From Gekko japonicus (Eukaryota): DNA of 64,000 bases. The position numbers and the translations under genes are program-made. Below are positions 12,783 through 24,939 of this stretch, piece by piece. The stretch is taken from assembly GCF_001447785.1 (NCBI RefSeq), contig NW_015160842.1, forward strand, positions 474,477 through 538,476. The letters run 5' to 3'. Numbering within the stretch: position 1 is the stretch's first letter; each line of letters begins with the position of its first letter. The notes below the pieces were generated by a model. That model was not told the DNA's origin. It searched no databases and saw nothing but the letters and a program-made list of their open reading frames with translations.

Positions 12783-13308
12783 TAGGCATGCCAGCCTCCA
12801 AGTGGGACCTGGGAATCCCCTGGAATTACAGCTCATCTCCAGGCTACAGAGATCAGTTCTCCCTGAGAAAATTGATGCTTTGGAGGGTGGACTCTACAGC
12901 ATTGTACCCCACCAAGGCCCCTGTTCTCCCCAGGCTCCATCCCTAAATCTCTAAGAGTTTTCCAACCTGGATCTGGCAACCCAGCTCCCCATCCCCCACC
13001 AGTGGCTGGGGGGGATCCAGCAATAGGGTTGCCAGGCCCTACCTATTGCTGCAGCAGGGGAGTCCTGGCCCTCCCCGGGATTTCTTCAGCGTGTGTGCAA
13101 ATGTCTCCCGGAAGCGCTGTCATCGTGTCGGGCACATTAGGGGTGTCACCACTATAATTCGAGGAAAAACCATAGAGTCACGTCATCATGTCGGGCACGT
13201 CTCCACGATCCCGGCACTTTGGGGGTGGGGTTCCCCCTGGCAGCCCATTGAGCAGGCAAACCCCTGCCCCCCCCCGGGGGGACCTGGCAACCCTACCTAG
13301 CAACCCTA
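12783..13308 (+). mobile_element. Nested hAT-Blackjack-like MITEs (inner element 13024-13295)
   Basis: Inner TIRs TAGGGTTGCCAGG / CCTGGCAACCCTA, flanked by TCCAGCAA / CCTAGCAA. Outer element has related termini. Confidence 0.75.
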
Positions 13309-13401
13309 TGCACAATGCACAAGCAAAAACCTAACTGGACTTAGTGCTGTTTTACTTGAGCAATATGTTTTGCACCACCTAGCACTTTCCTGCCTATTAT
13401 T

Positions 13402-13580
13402 GTGTGTGTGAGAGTGTGTGTAAAGTGCTGGTAAGTCACAGCTGACTTGTGGCAACCCCATACAATGCACAAGCAAAAACCTAACTGGACTTAGCTTCTG
13501 AGATCAGATGAGATGGGGCTATATTATACCATTCCACATCAGATTAGATGGGGCTATATTATACCATTCCACATCCCCTA
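13402..13580 (-). mobile_element. Rearranged 5S-rRNA-derived SINE fragment
   Basis: CTTAGCTTCTGAGATCAGATGAGATGGGGCT is the reverse of the 5S box A region. RTE-type tail with (CA)n, plus internal duplications. Confidence 0.6.
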
Positions 13581-15045
13581 TTATCTTGTAGTGGCCAAAA
13601 TTTGCTTTGCACAACTTCTTGCAAAAGTGGGGAAACTGCACAGGATATGCTGTGTTTAACTTAACACAAGAAGTCAGTGCAAGGATTTTTCTACACACTT
13701 CCACTTCCTCAAGGACTCTAGTGTGTCCTTCTGGTGGATCCAAGCTTCTGTTAATACACTTTTAAATGCTGATTGTTATATTCATATTGGAAGCAATTTA
13801 ATCTCCTGTACATTACTGTAATACAGATATTTTATATGCTGTAATTGAATATTGACACAAAAAAAATTAAATGCCCTCTTAAAAAAAAAAAGTTTATATA
13901 ACTAAAAACTATCTCACAAGAGAAAAGTTGCCACTCTCCTGTATCCTTAAAAAAGGCATCCAAATTGAAATGTAAATATATTTCAATACAATTATATTTC
14001 ATTAAAAGGAAAATGATTTATTTTAAAAAAACATGGGGAGATCTGAGGTTCAGTTTTGCAACAACATCTTTGATCAGTAATAGTTACTATATTTATTTGC
14101 TGGTTTGTGGGTTGGTTGCTTTCCAAATACCACATGGGGCATGATAGGAGCTTGAGGATTCTGTATAGAAAATGTACCTCGTCCCAATATGTATGAAACC
14201 AACATGTTCCTGTCTGCTAAGCACTTGCAGAGAATGTGCCTTCACTGGAAAATATCACCCCAGGTGTACAGCCTGTGCTAAGGTTTTGCATGGTTTTCAT
14301 ATGTGGCCAAAAGGGGAGGAATCCCTTTGTCAGTATTTAAACTTTGCATTCAAGCATGTGATCAGTCAAACCCACACAGATGGCTGTTGTGCTTTCAGAC
14401 TCTTTTGTTTAATACCTTATGTCTAATACAATAAGGCCCTCTGCAAATAAACTGAGGATTAAAATGAAGATGACTGTGGTTATTACTGAATTGCCACAGG
14501 TCAGAATTGCAAAGGCTAATGTGACATTTAGCTAATTACTTTTTTAAAAAAGAACAAATTATAGATATAATTATGAACATGTGAATGTGCAGTCTCTCTT
14601 ACATACAGGGGGGAATGGGTGGGGATTGATTGTGAATCCCACTGTTAAGGATGAAGGCTGTGTAACAGAAGTGCAGGCTGTATACTCTAGTACTACAAAT
14701 CAGGAGTGTAAAATCAATAATGATATTGTCATTCTTAGGATTGCACTGAAAATTGGCTGCAGTGAAATAATAATGTAAATAGAAGCTCATAAACATTCTA
14801 TGACATCACAGCTCAGCTAGGTAGTATTTACCAATAGCAAAACTTGTATGTTATAAATCTAAAAAGGGAGGCCTGTAAAATTTAACAGAAAGCCTTTCTT
14901 CTAGCTATGGGTTATGTGATTTTCTTTTCATTACATCTTGTACGCTCTTTTCTTATTCAAACACAAAGATTCCCAGCAGCAAAAGAAACTATCAGAAATT
15001 ATTCCAGAGGAGTGGCTGTGGCAAAAAGAAAGACATCTGATGCTG

Positions 15046-16160
15046 CTTGAAAGATTTGGTATAGAAAAAGGCACACGTCAAGGATGCCCATTATCTCCAC
15101 TTCTGTTTATTCTTGCGATGGAGGTGCTGGCCTATAAGATAAGACAAGATCCAAACACTGAAGGACTGAGAGTTGATGGAGAAGAATTTAAACTTAGAAG
15201 CTATGTAGATGATGTTGTTTTATCAATTATGGACCCCCACATTTCATTGCCATACATAATAGAACAAATTGAAAAGTTTCGGTCCTTTTCAGAATACAGA
15301 ATTAATGGGGGGGAAATAATTACAAAATTTTAAACACGACAGGAGGAGGATATTGTTAAGAGAATTACAGTATGTGAAATAACATCAAAAACAGTTAAAT
15401 ATTTGGGAATACACCTGTCTGAACAAAATAATACACTGTTTAAAAACAATTACAAAACTACATGGACAAAGATTCAAAGAGATTTAGTAAAATGGTCTAA
15501 ACTAAAATGATCATGGTTGGGAAGAATCTCCACATTAAAAATGAATGTACTACCAAAATTGAATTTCCTATTCCAGATATTACCAATTTCCATACAAGAA
15601 AAAACTTTGATAGACCGGCAGAAACAAATAAATGCATTTATTTAGAATGGTAAAAAACTAAAAATTAAATTCAAAGTGTTGCAGGATGAAAAAGAGAGAG
15701 AGAAGGATTGGCAGCTCCGAATATTAAGCTATACTATCAAGCAGCCAAACTAGTCTGGATCACAGAATGGATTAAAAACTCAAATGATAGACTAATTAAA
15801 CTAGAAGCTGCAGGGATAGAGAATGGACTGCATTACCTTCTCTGGACTGAAAAATTAGCTTCAAAGAATAAAGGACAAATCAAAAGCCACGTAATTAGAG
15901 ACAGCTTATTTCAGACCTGGTGATCTTTAAGAAAAAGAATCAGCCTCATGATATCTCCTATTATGTCACCAATGCATGCATACCACAATAAAAATGAGGG
16001 GACGAAATGATTTTTTAACGTTTTTAAAAAACATTTTTTTACATTATAAGCCTCTCTGAGACCGCTTGTGAGATAGGGCAGGGTATACATTAAATAAATA
16101 ATGACAACAACAACAATAACTTATACAAAGATATGATAAACTCAAAAGGTGAAATTGTAA
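15046..16160 (+). mobile_element. Degraded L1-clade LINE ORF2 (RT) fragment
   Basis: KGTRQGCPLSPLLF, YVDDVVL, VKYLGI, GRISTLKMNVLPKLNFLFQ and PNIKLYYQAA, with stops and frameshifts. Confidence 0.92.
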
Positions 16161-17329
16161 GCCACTCTGAGACTCCTTCAGGTAGTGAAAGGCAGGGTAT
16201 AAATCCAATCTTCACTTGCCTAGTATGTGGTCAGTGTACCCAAACAAAAATAGTAACTTTGGAAGCATGGTGTAACAGACAGCTAACTGTTAATGCTTTA
16301 TACCGATCTGAGAACATTGATTGACAGGTTCTACTGTTGACCTGAGGGGGTGGCAATTTCGAGGGGCAGTTAAGAAGAGTGAAGGATCGAAGAGGATCCT
16401 GAAACAGGGAAGTGGAACTGGTAGTCCTCTGAGGGAAATATCTCCTTGGAAAGGGGGGTGATCCCTATCAAATGTTAAAGAAGGAAAATTGGAACCTGTG
16501 TGTATATTCCTGCCTCCACAGATTTTAATACTTTTTGAACAAATAAGCTTATGCCTGTTCATCTAAGGACTGGCAGCCAAGTGGTCTCTCTGTATATGTT
16601 TAAACAACTGACGGGACAGACAAAGAAAGGAAGAGGAAGAAAAACTTTTCTCTCAATGTTGCAAAAAATATTTTTAATTGTATGTGTGGTACTACATGGT
16701 CTGAACGTTATACACTTAATACAAAATACTATGCTTTACCCTGGCTTCTGACAATCTATAAGCGTTTTCCTTCTTTCTCTAAATCTTTGCCACATCTCTC
16801 ATCATAAGACAGAATGGCTGAAGTCTGAGGGGAGTGCATGAATAGGAATGAGAAGTATACATGGCTGTCTGAAAATTACTTCCTAACATCCTTCTCCAAT
16901 ACTAGAACGGTGACCTTTGGCCATCAAAGTCTTCTAAAAGGACTAAAGTAAACATTTAATGGAAGTGGAACAATAATGGGACATCATTCTGGTAAGTACA
17001 GCTTGGTCCTGTACAGCTAGTTTTACAGTAATGCTGTTACTTAAGTATTTATTGGTCTCTCAAACAGCTAGGAGGGGGGAAGGTACATTTAAGGGAACTG
17101 GCTAGTCAGCACTAGAGAAAGAATATACTATAGATTACAATAAAATAAAACCAGGCCTATAGAAATGTTTTTCTTGTGGCATATTCTCCAAATACATTTC
17201 CGCTTGCTTACAAGTCATGATTCAGAGGACTGTGAGAAAAATTATCTCCATACAGAATTCAGTATCACAAGATGTTCCACCAGTTCAGATGGCTAAGCTT
17301 GAGCCAGATCCAAGGAGGTTAGGTCTGCC

Positions 17330-17500
17330 AAGAAATGTTTGCCATACTAACAAAAATGGAACTTCCATGTCCAGAGGCAACATCTCTTTGAATACCAGGT
17401 GCAGAGAACAACAACAGGGTAGGACTGTTGCTGGTGAGTTTCTCAGAGGAATCTGCTGGACTAGATGGACCTTCTGTGAAACCCAGCTGGATAGTTCTTA
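17330..17500 (+). mobile_element. Old CR1 3' end fragment
   Basis: TGCTGGACTAGATGGACCTT...GTTCTTA is a CR1 3' terminus. Confidence 0.65.
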
Positions 17501-19996
17501 GGTTCTTTGGCAGATACACATGTACTAGCACAAAAAAGAATTCTCTGGAATAAATAGCAATTAGCCAGTTCCCTCATGTGCCATTAGCATACCACCCAGC
17601 CTGCCACAGTGGGGCTGCATGTAGCATTTGTGATGAGGATGAATGTTGTATGCAGTGTGTGTGTGTACGTGATGCAAAAATTATGAAGTATGGAATGCAG
17701 AGTGTCTTTTCTGACTATGAACTGTGATAGGTGTGTGCATAATGCTGCAAATTCTTAAACCTACTCATGAATATATGAAAGGAAGGAACAGAATTAAACC
17801 TAAACCTATAACAGTTTGATGACCAAAATGCCATGTATACAATGCAGAATTGAGAACAGAAACACACTAATGCCTGCCATGTTCTGTTCTATCGACATGC
17901 CCTCTTTCTTCATGCCCTTTCCTGGCCAAGCATGGAGGACTATGCATAGTTCGGAAAGATGGTCAGATGATGAAGAGGGAAGAGTAAAATTCTTCCTCAA
18001 GAAGAAGCTTATACCTTTTTGGGGATGCAGAAGATAAAAGAAGTACATGGAGAGCTCATAAATACCACCACTGTTCCCAGGTAGAAATCTGAGAGTCCCT
18101 ATGTGACCATCTATGCAAGAATGAAGCCCCTGGTTCTGTTTGTTTAGAACATTTCTAGGCTGCTTTTCCACCAAATAGGTCTTCAAGATGGCTAAGGTAA
18201 AATCTAATTTCAGATAAGAGCATCATAAAACATCTAAAAACAGTGAAGAAGCTAATAGGCACTGTTTTTAAAAGCACCACCTGCTATTACAATTCACATT
18301 GAAGTTCTTTTGGAAAAGAAAAGTCTTTTGTTTTCCAGAACACCTGCAAGGGTGACACCAATCTTATCTCCTGGGGTAGGCAATTCCACAATCTGGCAGC
18401 AGTGGCTGAAAAATCTCTCCTACAGGTCCCAGCCGACCTAACCTTAGGTTCCCACAGAAAGATATAATGTATAAATCTTAAAGACAGTTCTTTGTTACAT
18501 ATCTACCTTGTCCTTGCTGCAAAAAAAAAAAAAAAAAGATTCACAACAACCTTGCAAAGTCGGTTAGGCCAAGAAAGAAACCGACTTGACCAAATAGCTT
18601 CATTTCTGAGTGGGGAGTACAGCCTTGATTTCCAAATCTACCTAGTGCTCTAGCTACCCTGATTCTCTTTGATTGTACAGCAAGACCAGACTGTCTGAAA
18701 GGCACACAAATGTTACACATTCTTCCCCCCCCCCTTTTTTTTTAACTTCTACCAAAAATACAGTTTCAAAAGATCTCATGACTTGGGCTTCAGAAAATGA
18801 TAAGAGGGCATTTTTTGTGAACATATTTATTTGAGAAAGATATATAATCTTTGCTTTTCTTTATAAAGCATATAAGAGACAATCTCTTAAACTTCAAGAT
18901 AAACTCCCACACTTAGATGATATTCTTTCATACATTGCTGTTATAGTAAGAGACTAAAGCCATTTATCAGAAAGTACTGGAGATCTTACAATGATGCATT
19001 ATGATACATTTAGCTACCAGTATTTAGCTTTCAATATGATATATTTACAACCAATATCAAACCAATATTGACAATGATTTAGTAGAAGAAGTGTTGGAAA
19101 GTTAGATGGGGAAAAAATCTTGATGCACCATTAAAGAGACAAAGTGTATGGGATGGCACACTCCATTGTCATGTCTTTGGATACTATGTTCCACAACTGT
19201 ATTTTTTGTAGAATAGGAGGGGGGGGGAATGAGTGACTAGAAAAAAAGAATAGAAAAAACAAAACAAGGCAACAAGAAAATGTTAATCTTTTTAAAATTT
19301 GATGGTGTAGGGGTAATTTGGTAGATGGGCCAATCTAGATGTGATGTGAAAAATCCATGATTATAAATTATTAGATAGCTCTCTTTCAAGATTGAAGTGG
19401 GGATGAGGGAGAATCTGCTTCACTGGAAGAAAGTATTCAACCATTTCCCCTATGCTATCATCTACACACACGCACCCCACCCCCAGCTGCCATTTACCCT
19501 GTGAAGGTATATGTAATAAAAATGAGGGCCATGGCAATTAACAGGAAACTGCACATCAGGATTGCAATGTGTGAGCTACCCAGACACCTTTGTTTCCAGA
19601 CATGTAGCAGTTGCTATCTCCCTAATTTAAACACAAATCTTTGGTAGCTATGAGTGGAAAATTTTGCTTTATTAAAACTGGGCACTGAAATGTTATGCCA
19701 TTTTATGATACAAAGGCAGATTTCAAAATGCAATGGAAATACTCACTTTGCCATAAAGAAAATGGCCATTAAGTTGACTAGGCAGTTACGAATCAGACCC
19801 CTATGCCATATAAACCATGAAGAAATATGACATAGGCCGAACTTTTTTAAAAAAGCAAACAAGGACCATTGATAATAAAAAGGAGAATACTTCACTGAAC
19901 TTCCACTGGTATTTCTACCATTCTTCCTAACCAACTTTTGTGGAACAATTTTTATCCCCACCTCCAATAAAGCTGCCAAGTCATCTAAACCGGTGG

Positions 19997-20168
19997 ATCT
20001 TCGACGTGGTCTCTGTGCTTCATACCCATGGGATACAGTGTGCATGCGCTGGATCGATCGGCATTGTAGCAAGCTCTTAACGGATTTTCACGCCCAGACC
20101 TCAGGCACGCGCAGGAACCCCACCATGCATGCCCAGAGGGGTGGGCATGGACATCCCGCCAGTTCCTT
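19997..20168 (+). repeat. DIRS left inverted terminal repeat
   Basis: Near reverse complement of 26161-~26330 (e.g. GCTGGATCGATCGGCATTGTAGCAAGC vs GCTTGCTACAATGCCGATCGATCCAGC). Confidence 0.95.
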
Positions 20169-20421
20169 TCTTTCCGCCATGCTGGAAGCACCTTCCTTTT
20201 GTTGGTCTGATCGGTAGCTATTTCTCCTCAGAGGCTCTTTGGTTTTCTCTTCAGTTTTCTCTATTTTTCAGTTCTACCTTTGTTTTTTGGTTGTTTTCTT
20301 TAAAAAAAGAGAGAGAGAGACTTTGTTTAGTTGAGGGGGAAGTTTTTTCGTTTACCTCACTTTGGCCTTCGGGCTCCCCCCCACACACACACCACTTTTT
20401 CTTCTCCGTTTTGCTTATTTT

Positions 20422-22378
20422 ATGGAGAAGAAGTGGGGCTTTTTCAAGCATTGCAAGGGTTGCGGCAGTAAGCTCGCCCCACCTGACGGCCACACCCTTT
20501 GCATTTTTTGTCTTGGCGAGACGCACCGACCAGATTCCTGTTGACACTGTGCCAAGTTTTCCAATCAAACTAGAAAAACCGAGCGGCGCGTCTCCGAGTA
20601 GCGTTACTGGAGTCAGCGCTAAATCCTACTTCAGTCATGGACTCAGAAGTGCCGGTAAAACCATCGACACCAACGGCTCCAGTATCGAAGCCCTCATCCG
20701 ACATCGTCCAGTCAACATTGAAGTGTTCGGCACTGACCACGCAGTCTTCGGCATCGACGCCCGTGAAAAAGAAACAAAAGTCAGGTAAAGAGCACAAGTC
20801 GGCCAAAAAGAACTCCTCTAAGGCCCTAAAGGTGGCGAAGTCTGGGAAAGTAGCGGATACTGCACCGGGAAATGCCCCTAACGTGCCCCCCACTCCAACG
20901 GTAGTATCAGCATCGGAGGCTCCAGTCACTCCACCGATATCAACCATCCAGCTAATGGACTCTCCCATACACCAGCTAGACCATGACACGCTGGTCGATA
21001 TGTGTCCTTTCTCTGACATCGATAATGTCGAGATCCTCAGTCATCCCCAGGGCACGGATCGCTCTCCCTCTGCTCAGTCATCGACATCAATGGTCTCGGA
21101 GTGCCATGCCGATATCGATGAGGGTCGGCATCGACAGGTCCCTAAAAGCACTCAATGTTATCCTCCCCATCTGTTCGCCGAGGATCGGCCCTTCGATATC
21201 AATGATCGGAGACGAGATCCTACACTGTCTCCCAGATGCTCCCGCTCTAGAAGTAGATCCCCACGAGTCTTCCTGCCCCCACCACCTCCTCCTCTCTCCT
21301 GGGATCACTGCCAACTGCGTTATCTCTATGGCGCTTATCCACCCGCGATCACGGTCACCCTATAGATCGAGGCCTTCAGCATCTCTCTCCCATCCTCCGG
21401 ATCATCCATCTGATGACCCTCCTCGACATCGACCAGATCAATATCGTCCTCCCAGTCCCCCTATCCCACCGTCAACAGATCCAACCAGTCAGATCAAAAC
21501 CACTCCGGTACAATTACCAGAGCCCAATTCCTCTGACTCTGCGGATGAGGATTCTGATACGGGGGCTTCCCTGACCAGCTGATACGGTCAGCTCCCCTGA
21601 CCAGCCTTCTCTGAACCAGGCAGTAGCCGATGACCAACCTATATCTCCATCTGATAATTTAACTTCCTACAGAGACCTCATTAAAAGAATGGCCCACTCC
21701 CTTGGCCTTTCAGTCATACAACCACAACCACAGGTTACAGATGCCGTCTTCGATGTGGTACAACTAGATACATTGACGGCTATAGCACTACACATGTCCA
21801 CGGTCCTGTTACAGGCAGCTAAAGCTCCATGGGATAAACCGTCATCGGCTCCAGTGTCCACACGTCGCTTGGACCATATGTACAGAGTCCAAGAAACAGG
21901 AGCAGAATTCTTATTCGCCCATCCTCAACCAAACTCCATGGTAGTCACTTCCTCATCCAAGTCTAAGAGAACACATTCTGCACCTTCTGACAAGGAGAGC
22001 AGAAAGTTAGATAAAAGACATTCCTGGCTACATAACACCAATCTACAGCCAGATACAAGAACATACGTAGAGGACCTCCCCTTCGATGGCCTTGGTCTTT
22101 TTAATACTACAACAGACACCATATTACAAGATATGGATAAAAGCATAAAAGCTTCTCATGCTCTGGGCGTTTCCTCATCCATGAGGCAGCAATACTGACC
22201 TCGTCCCTGGTCCAGACCCTGGCAAAAACGCACCCCAAACCGTCAATCTCCTAACCAGCAATGGAGGCCACGTACATCCTCTGGAGGCCAGAAGCCCACA
22301 TTTCAGAAACCTAGATTTGGATCGGGGCAACAATCTTCCCGCAGTAAGCAGGCAAAGTCCGCCAAGCAGGGTTTTTGA
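20422..22378 (+). pseudogene. DIRS ORF1 (Gag-like; N-terminal Cys/His finger, LAP2alpha-like C-terminal domain)
   Basis: MEKKWGFFKHCKGCG..DGHTLCIFCLGETH..C, a Ser/Pro/Arg-rich linker, then YRDLIKRMAHSLG...RHSWL...EDLPFDG. Premature stops and frameshifts. Confidence 0.85.
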
Positions 22379-22399
22379 CTTCCATATCTCCCAGTCACA

Positions 22400-24051
22400 T
22401 CCAACCCGTCTAACCCCTTTCCTCTAAACCTGGCACCTCATCACCACAGACGAATGGGTGCTGTCCATCTTGATCCAGGGTTACCGCATAGAATTCATTC
22501 AGAACCCCATTACTCCTGTCTTCATCTCCACACCCCCTTCTCCAGCCCTCCTGGAAGAAGTGTCCATCCTTCTGCAGAAGGGAGCCATCGAGCTGGTGCC
22601 ACTGCATCTACAGGGCAAGGGATTCTATTCCCACTATTTCACTGTTCCGAAGCGGGATGGAGGCGTTCGACCAATCTTAGATCTATGGGTGCTAAACCGC
22701 TTTGTGAGCTACCACCGCTTCCGCATGGTGTCCTTGCAGCAGATTCTGCCACTTCTCCAGAAGAACGTCTGGATGGCCACCCTCAACCTCCAAGACGTGT
22801 ACTTCCACCTCACCATCCACCCGTCCCACCGCCAATACCTAAGCTTCGCAATTGGTCAACATCATTACCAGTATGGAAGTCGGATAGCTTACCGAGTCAA
22901 GAAGTTTTGATTAGCACTTTCTATGAAGTAATTGAAATGGATAAATTAAATATTTTTTTAGGGGGTAAATCAGAGGAACAATTTAAACAGAAATGGCAAA
23001 AAGCCATTAAATGGTATGAAGAAAAGATGTGAGGTTAACCCCCAGTTGTATGAAATGGAAGATTTTTGGATGTATATAACTTTGGAAAAATTGAAAATAA
23101 AATAAGTTAAAAAAAAACATCATTACCAATATGCAGCCCTGCCATTTGGCCTTTCAAGTGCACCAAGAGTCTTCACAAAGACGATGGTGGTGGTCGCGGC
23201 CTTCCTCCATCTCAAGGGTATCTCCATCTACCTGTACATTGACGATTGGCTCTTGGTAGCGACTTCCAGGGACGCCCTACTCTCAAACATCGAGACGCTA
23301 GTCCTCCTGGAAAACCTGGGTCTACAAGTAAATCTGGAAAAGTCTCAACTTCAACCAGTCCAGAAAATATGCTACATCAGTGCACTACTGGACTCCACGA
23401 ATTGCACAGCCTACCTGCCACAAAATAGAGCAGCTGACATCATCAATTTAGCCACTGTCATTCGTACTCGGCCCTCAGTGACGGCCTTTCAAATACAAAG
23501 GCTACTCGGCCTCATGGCCACTACTACATCAGTCGTGGGTTTTGTCAAATTAAGAATGTGTCATCTGCAACTATGGTTTATCCGCAATTTCAATCCAATA
23601 CCTCCCTCTCGGGCTGGGGCACTCACATGATGGGACTTTGTGTCGGACAGATGGGACACACAGAAACAGAATTCGCACATCAATTTTCTAGAACTGCTTG
23701 CGATACATTTCACTGTCACCAGTTTCCTACCCTTAATCAAGGGGACGTGTGTCACGGTCCTCACAGACTATACTACTGCCCTCAGCTATGTGAACAAGCA
23801 AGGGGGCACTGTCTCCCAAAGCCTCTGCGACCTCGCCCTCTGGTTATGGAACTTCTGTATCACCCACAACATCTTCTTAGTCACCACGCACATCCCGTGG
23901 CACATGAATGTGCAGGCAGACCACCTGAGTCGGGCAGGACTCAGTCTGCACGAGTGGGAAATGAATCCAACTTACCTTCTTCCACTCTTCCGCAAGTGGG
24001 GTTTTCCCCAGATAGATGTTTTTGCCACCAGGGCGAACAAAAAGTGCCCTC
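22400..24051 (+). pseudogene. DIRS reverse transcriptase / RNase H / start of methyltransferase-like domain
   Basis: GFYSHYFTVPKRDGGVRPILDL, LPFGLSSAPRVFTK and YIDDWL (RT). HINFLELLAI, YVNKQGG and NVQADHLSR (RNase H). WGFPQIDVFAT (MT-like). Confidence 0.93.
22871..23115 (+). mobile_element. 5'-truncated L1 insertion inside the DIRS RT
   Basis: ORF2 C-terminus VWKSDSLP...FKQKWQKAIKWYEEKM*, AATAAA, poly(A). 13-bp TSD AACATCATTACCA (22858-22870, 23116-23128). Confidence 0.88.
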
Positions 24052-24409
24052 TGTTGTTGTTCAGTCTCACAGTCGAGTCCGACTCTTTGCAACCCCATGG
24101 ACCAGATCACGCCAGGCCTTGGAATGCAAATAACTGCTCAGCCCTAGATCTTTGTAAGTGCTAATCACATTGAAGCATGCCTACAGACTGTTTCTGTTAT
24201 GGACACTCCATTTTATTTCTGTATTTATAATTCCCTAGATATTGATCTTGCAAGAATAATGGAGACATCCAGTGATTCAAAATAGAGACCAAAAACTTAG
24301 AATCCTGAGAACATAAATGGAAGAAATCTCGCATTTAACTTACATCTCCCTGTATACCCGCTCTGACACCACAGCACATAACTGGGAGCACCACACCCAA
24401 AGCAGGAAG
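24052..24409 (+). repeat. 358-bp copy of 28468-28825 embedded in DIRS
   Basis: Matches the downstream flank TGTTGTTGTTCAGTCTCAC...CCCAAAGCAGGAAG with no mismatch seen. Confidence 0.92.
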
Positions 24410-24896
24410 GTATCATTACAAGTGGCAAAAATTCTGTTCCTCCTCGGGTGACGATGCCCCTCGAGCCACCTCCGCAGGTCTTGAGAAAGTTTTCGAATTC
24501 CTCCTGTCTCTCATTGACTCGGGACTTTCACATTCCTCGTTAAGGGTTTATTTGGGCTCACTTTCGGCCTACCATGTTCAAGTTGAGGGATGCACACTGT
24601 TCTCGCATCCACTTTCTGAATGTTTTTTGAAGAGACTGTTGCACCTTTACCCTCCCATCAAAAGTCCTATCGTACCCTGGGACCTTCCCCTGGTCCTTCG
24701 CTAACTCACCAGGAAACCTTTTGAGTCTCTCGCAACTTGCGACATAAAATTCCTGTCCTGGAAAACAGCCTTTCTGGTTGCTGTCACTTCAGCAAGTCGA
24801 GTTGGAGAAATACTGGCTTTCAGACACAACACTCCTTACTTGTCTTTTTTGCCAGATGGCATCCTCCGCGTACCTGACATCTCATTCCTGCCAAAG
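24410..24896 (+). repeat. 487-bp duplicate of YR segment 24999-25485
   Basis: GTATCATTACAAGTGGC...CATTCCTGCCAAAG is repeated, with one mismatch seen (CTCGGG/CTTGGG). Confidence 0.92.
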
Positions 24897-24939
24897 TGCC
24901 ACGAATGAAGTTGACAGCCTGGAGAGTAGCGTCAACAGC

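Noticed and set aside
17806-18186. 126-aa minus-strand ORF
   Set aside because: No recognisable homology or convincing splice signals.
20129-21019. Alternative-frame and antisense ORFs in the DIRS 5' region
   Set aside because: Shadows of the decayed Gag ORF.
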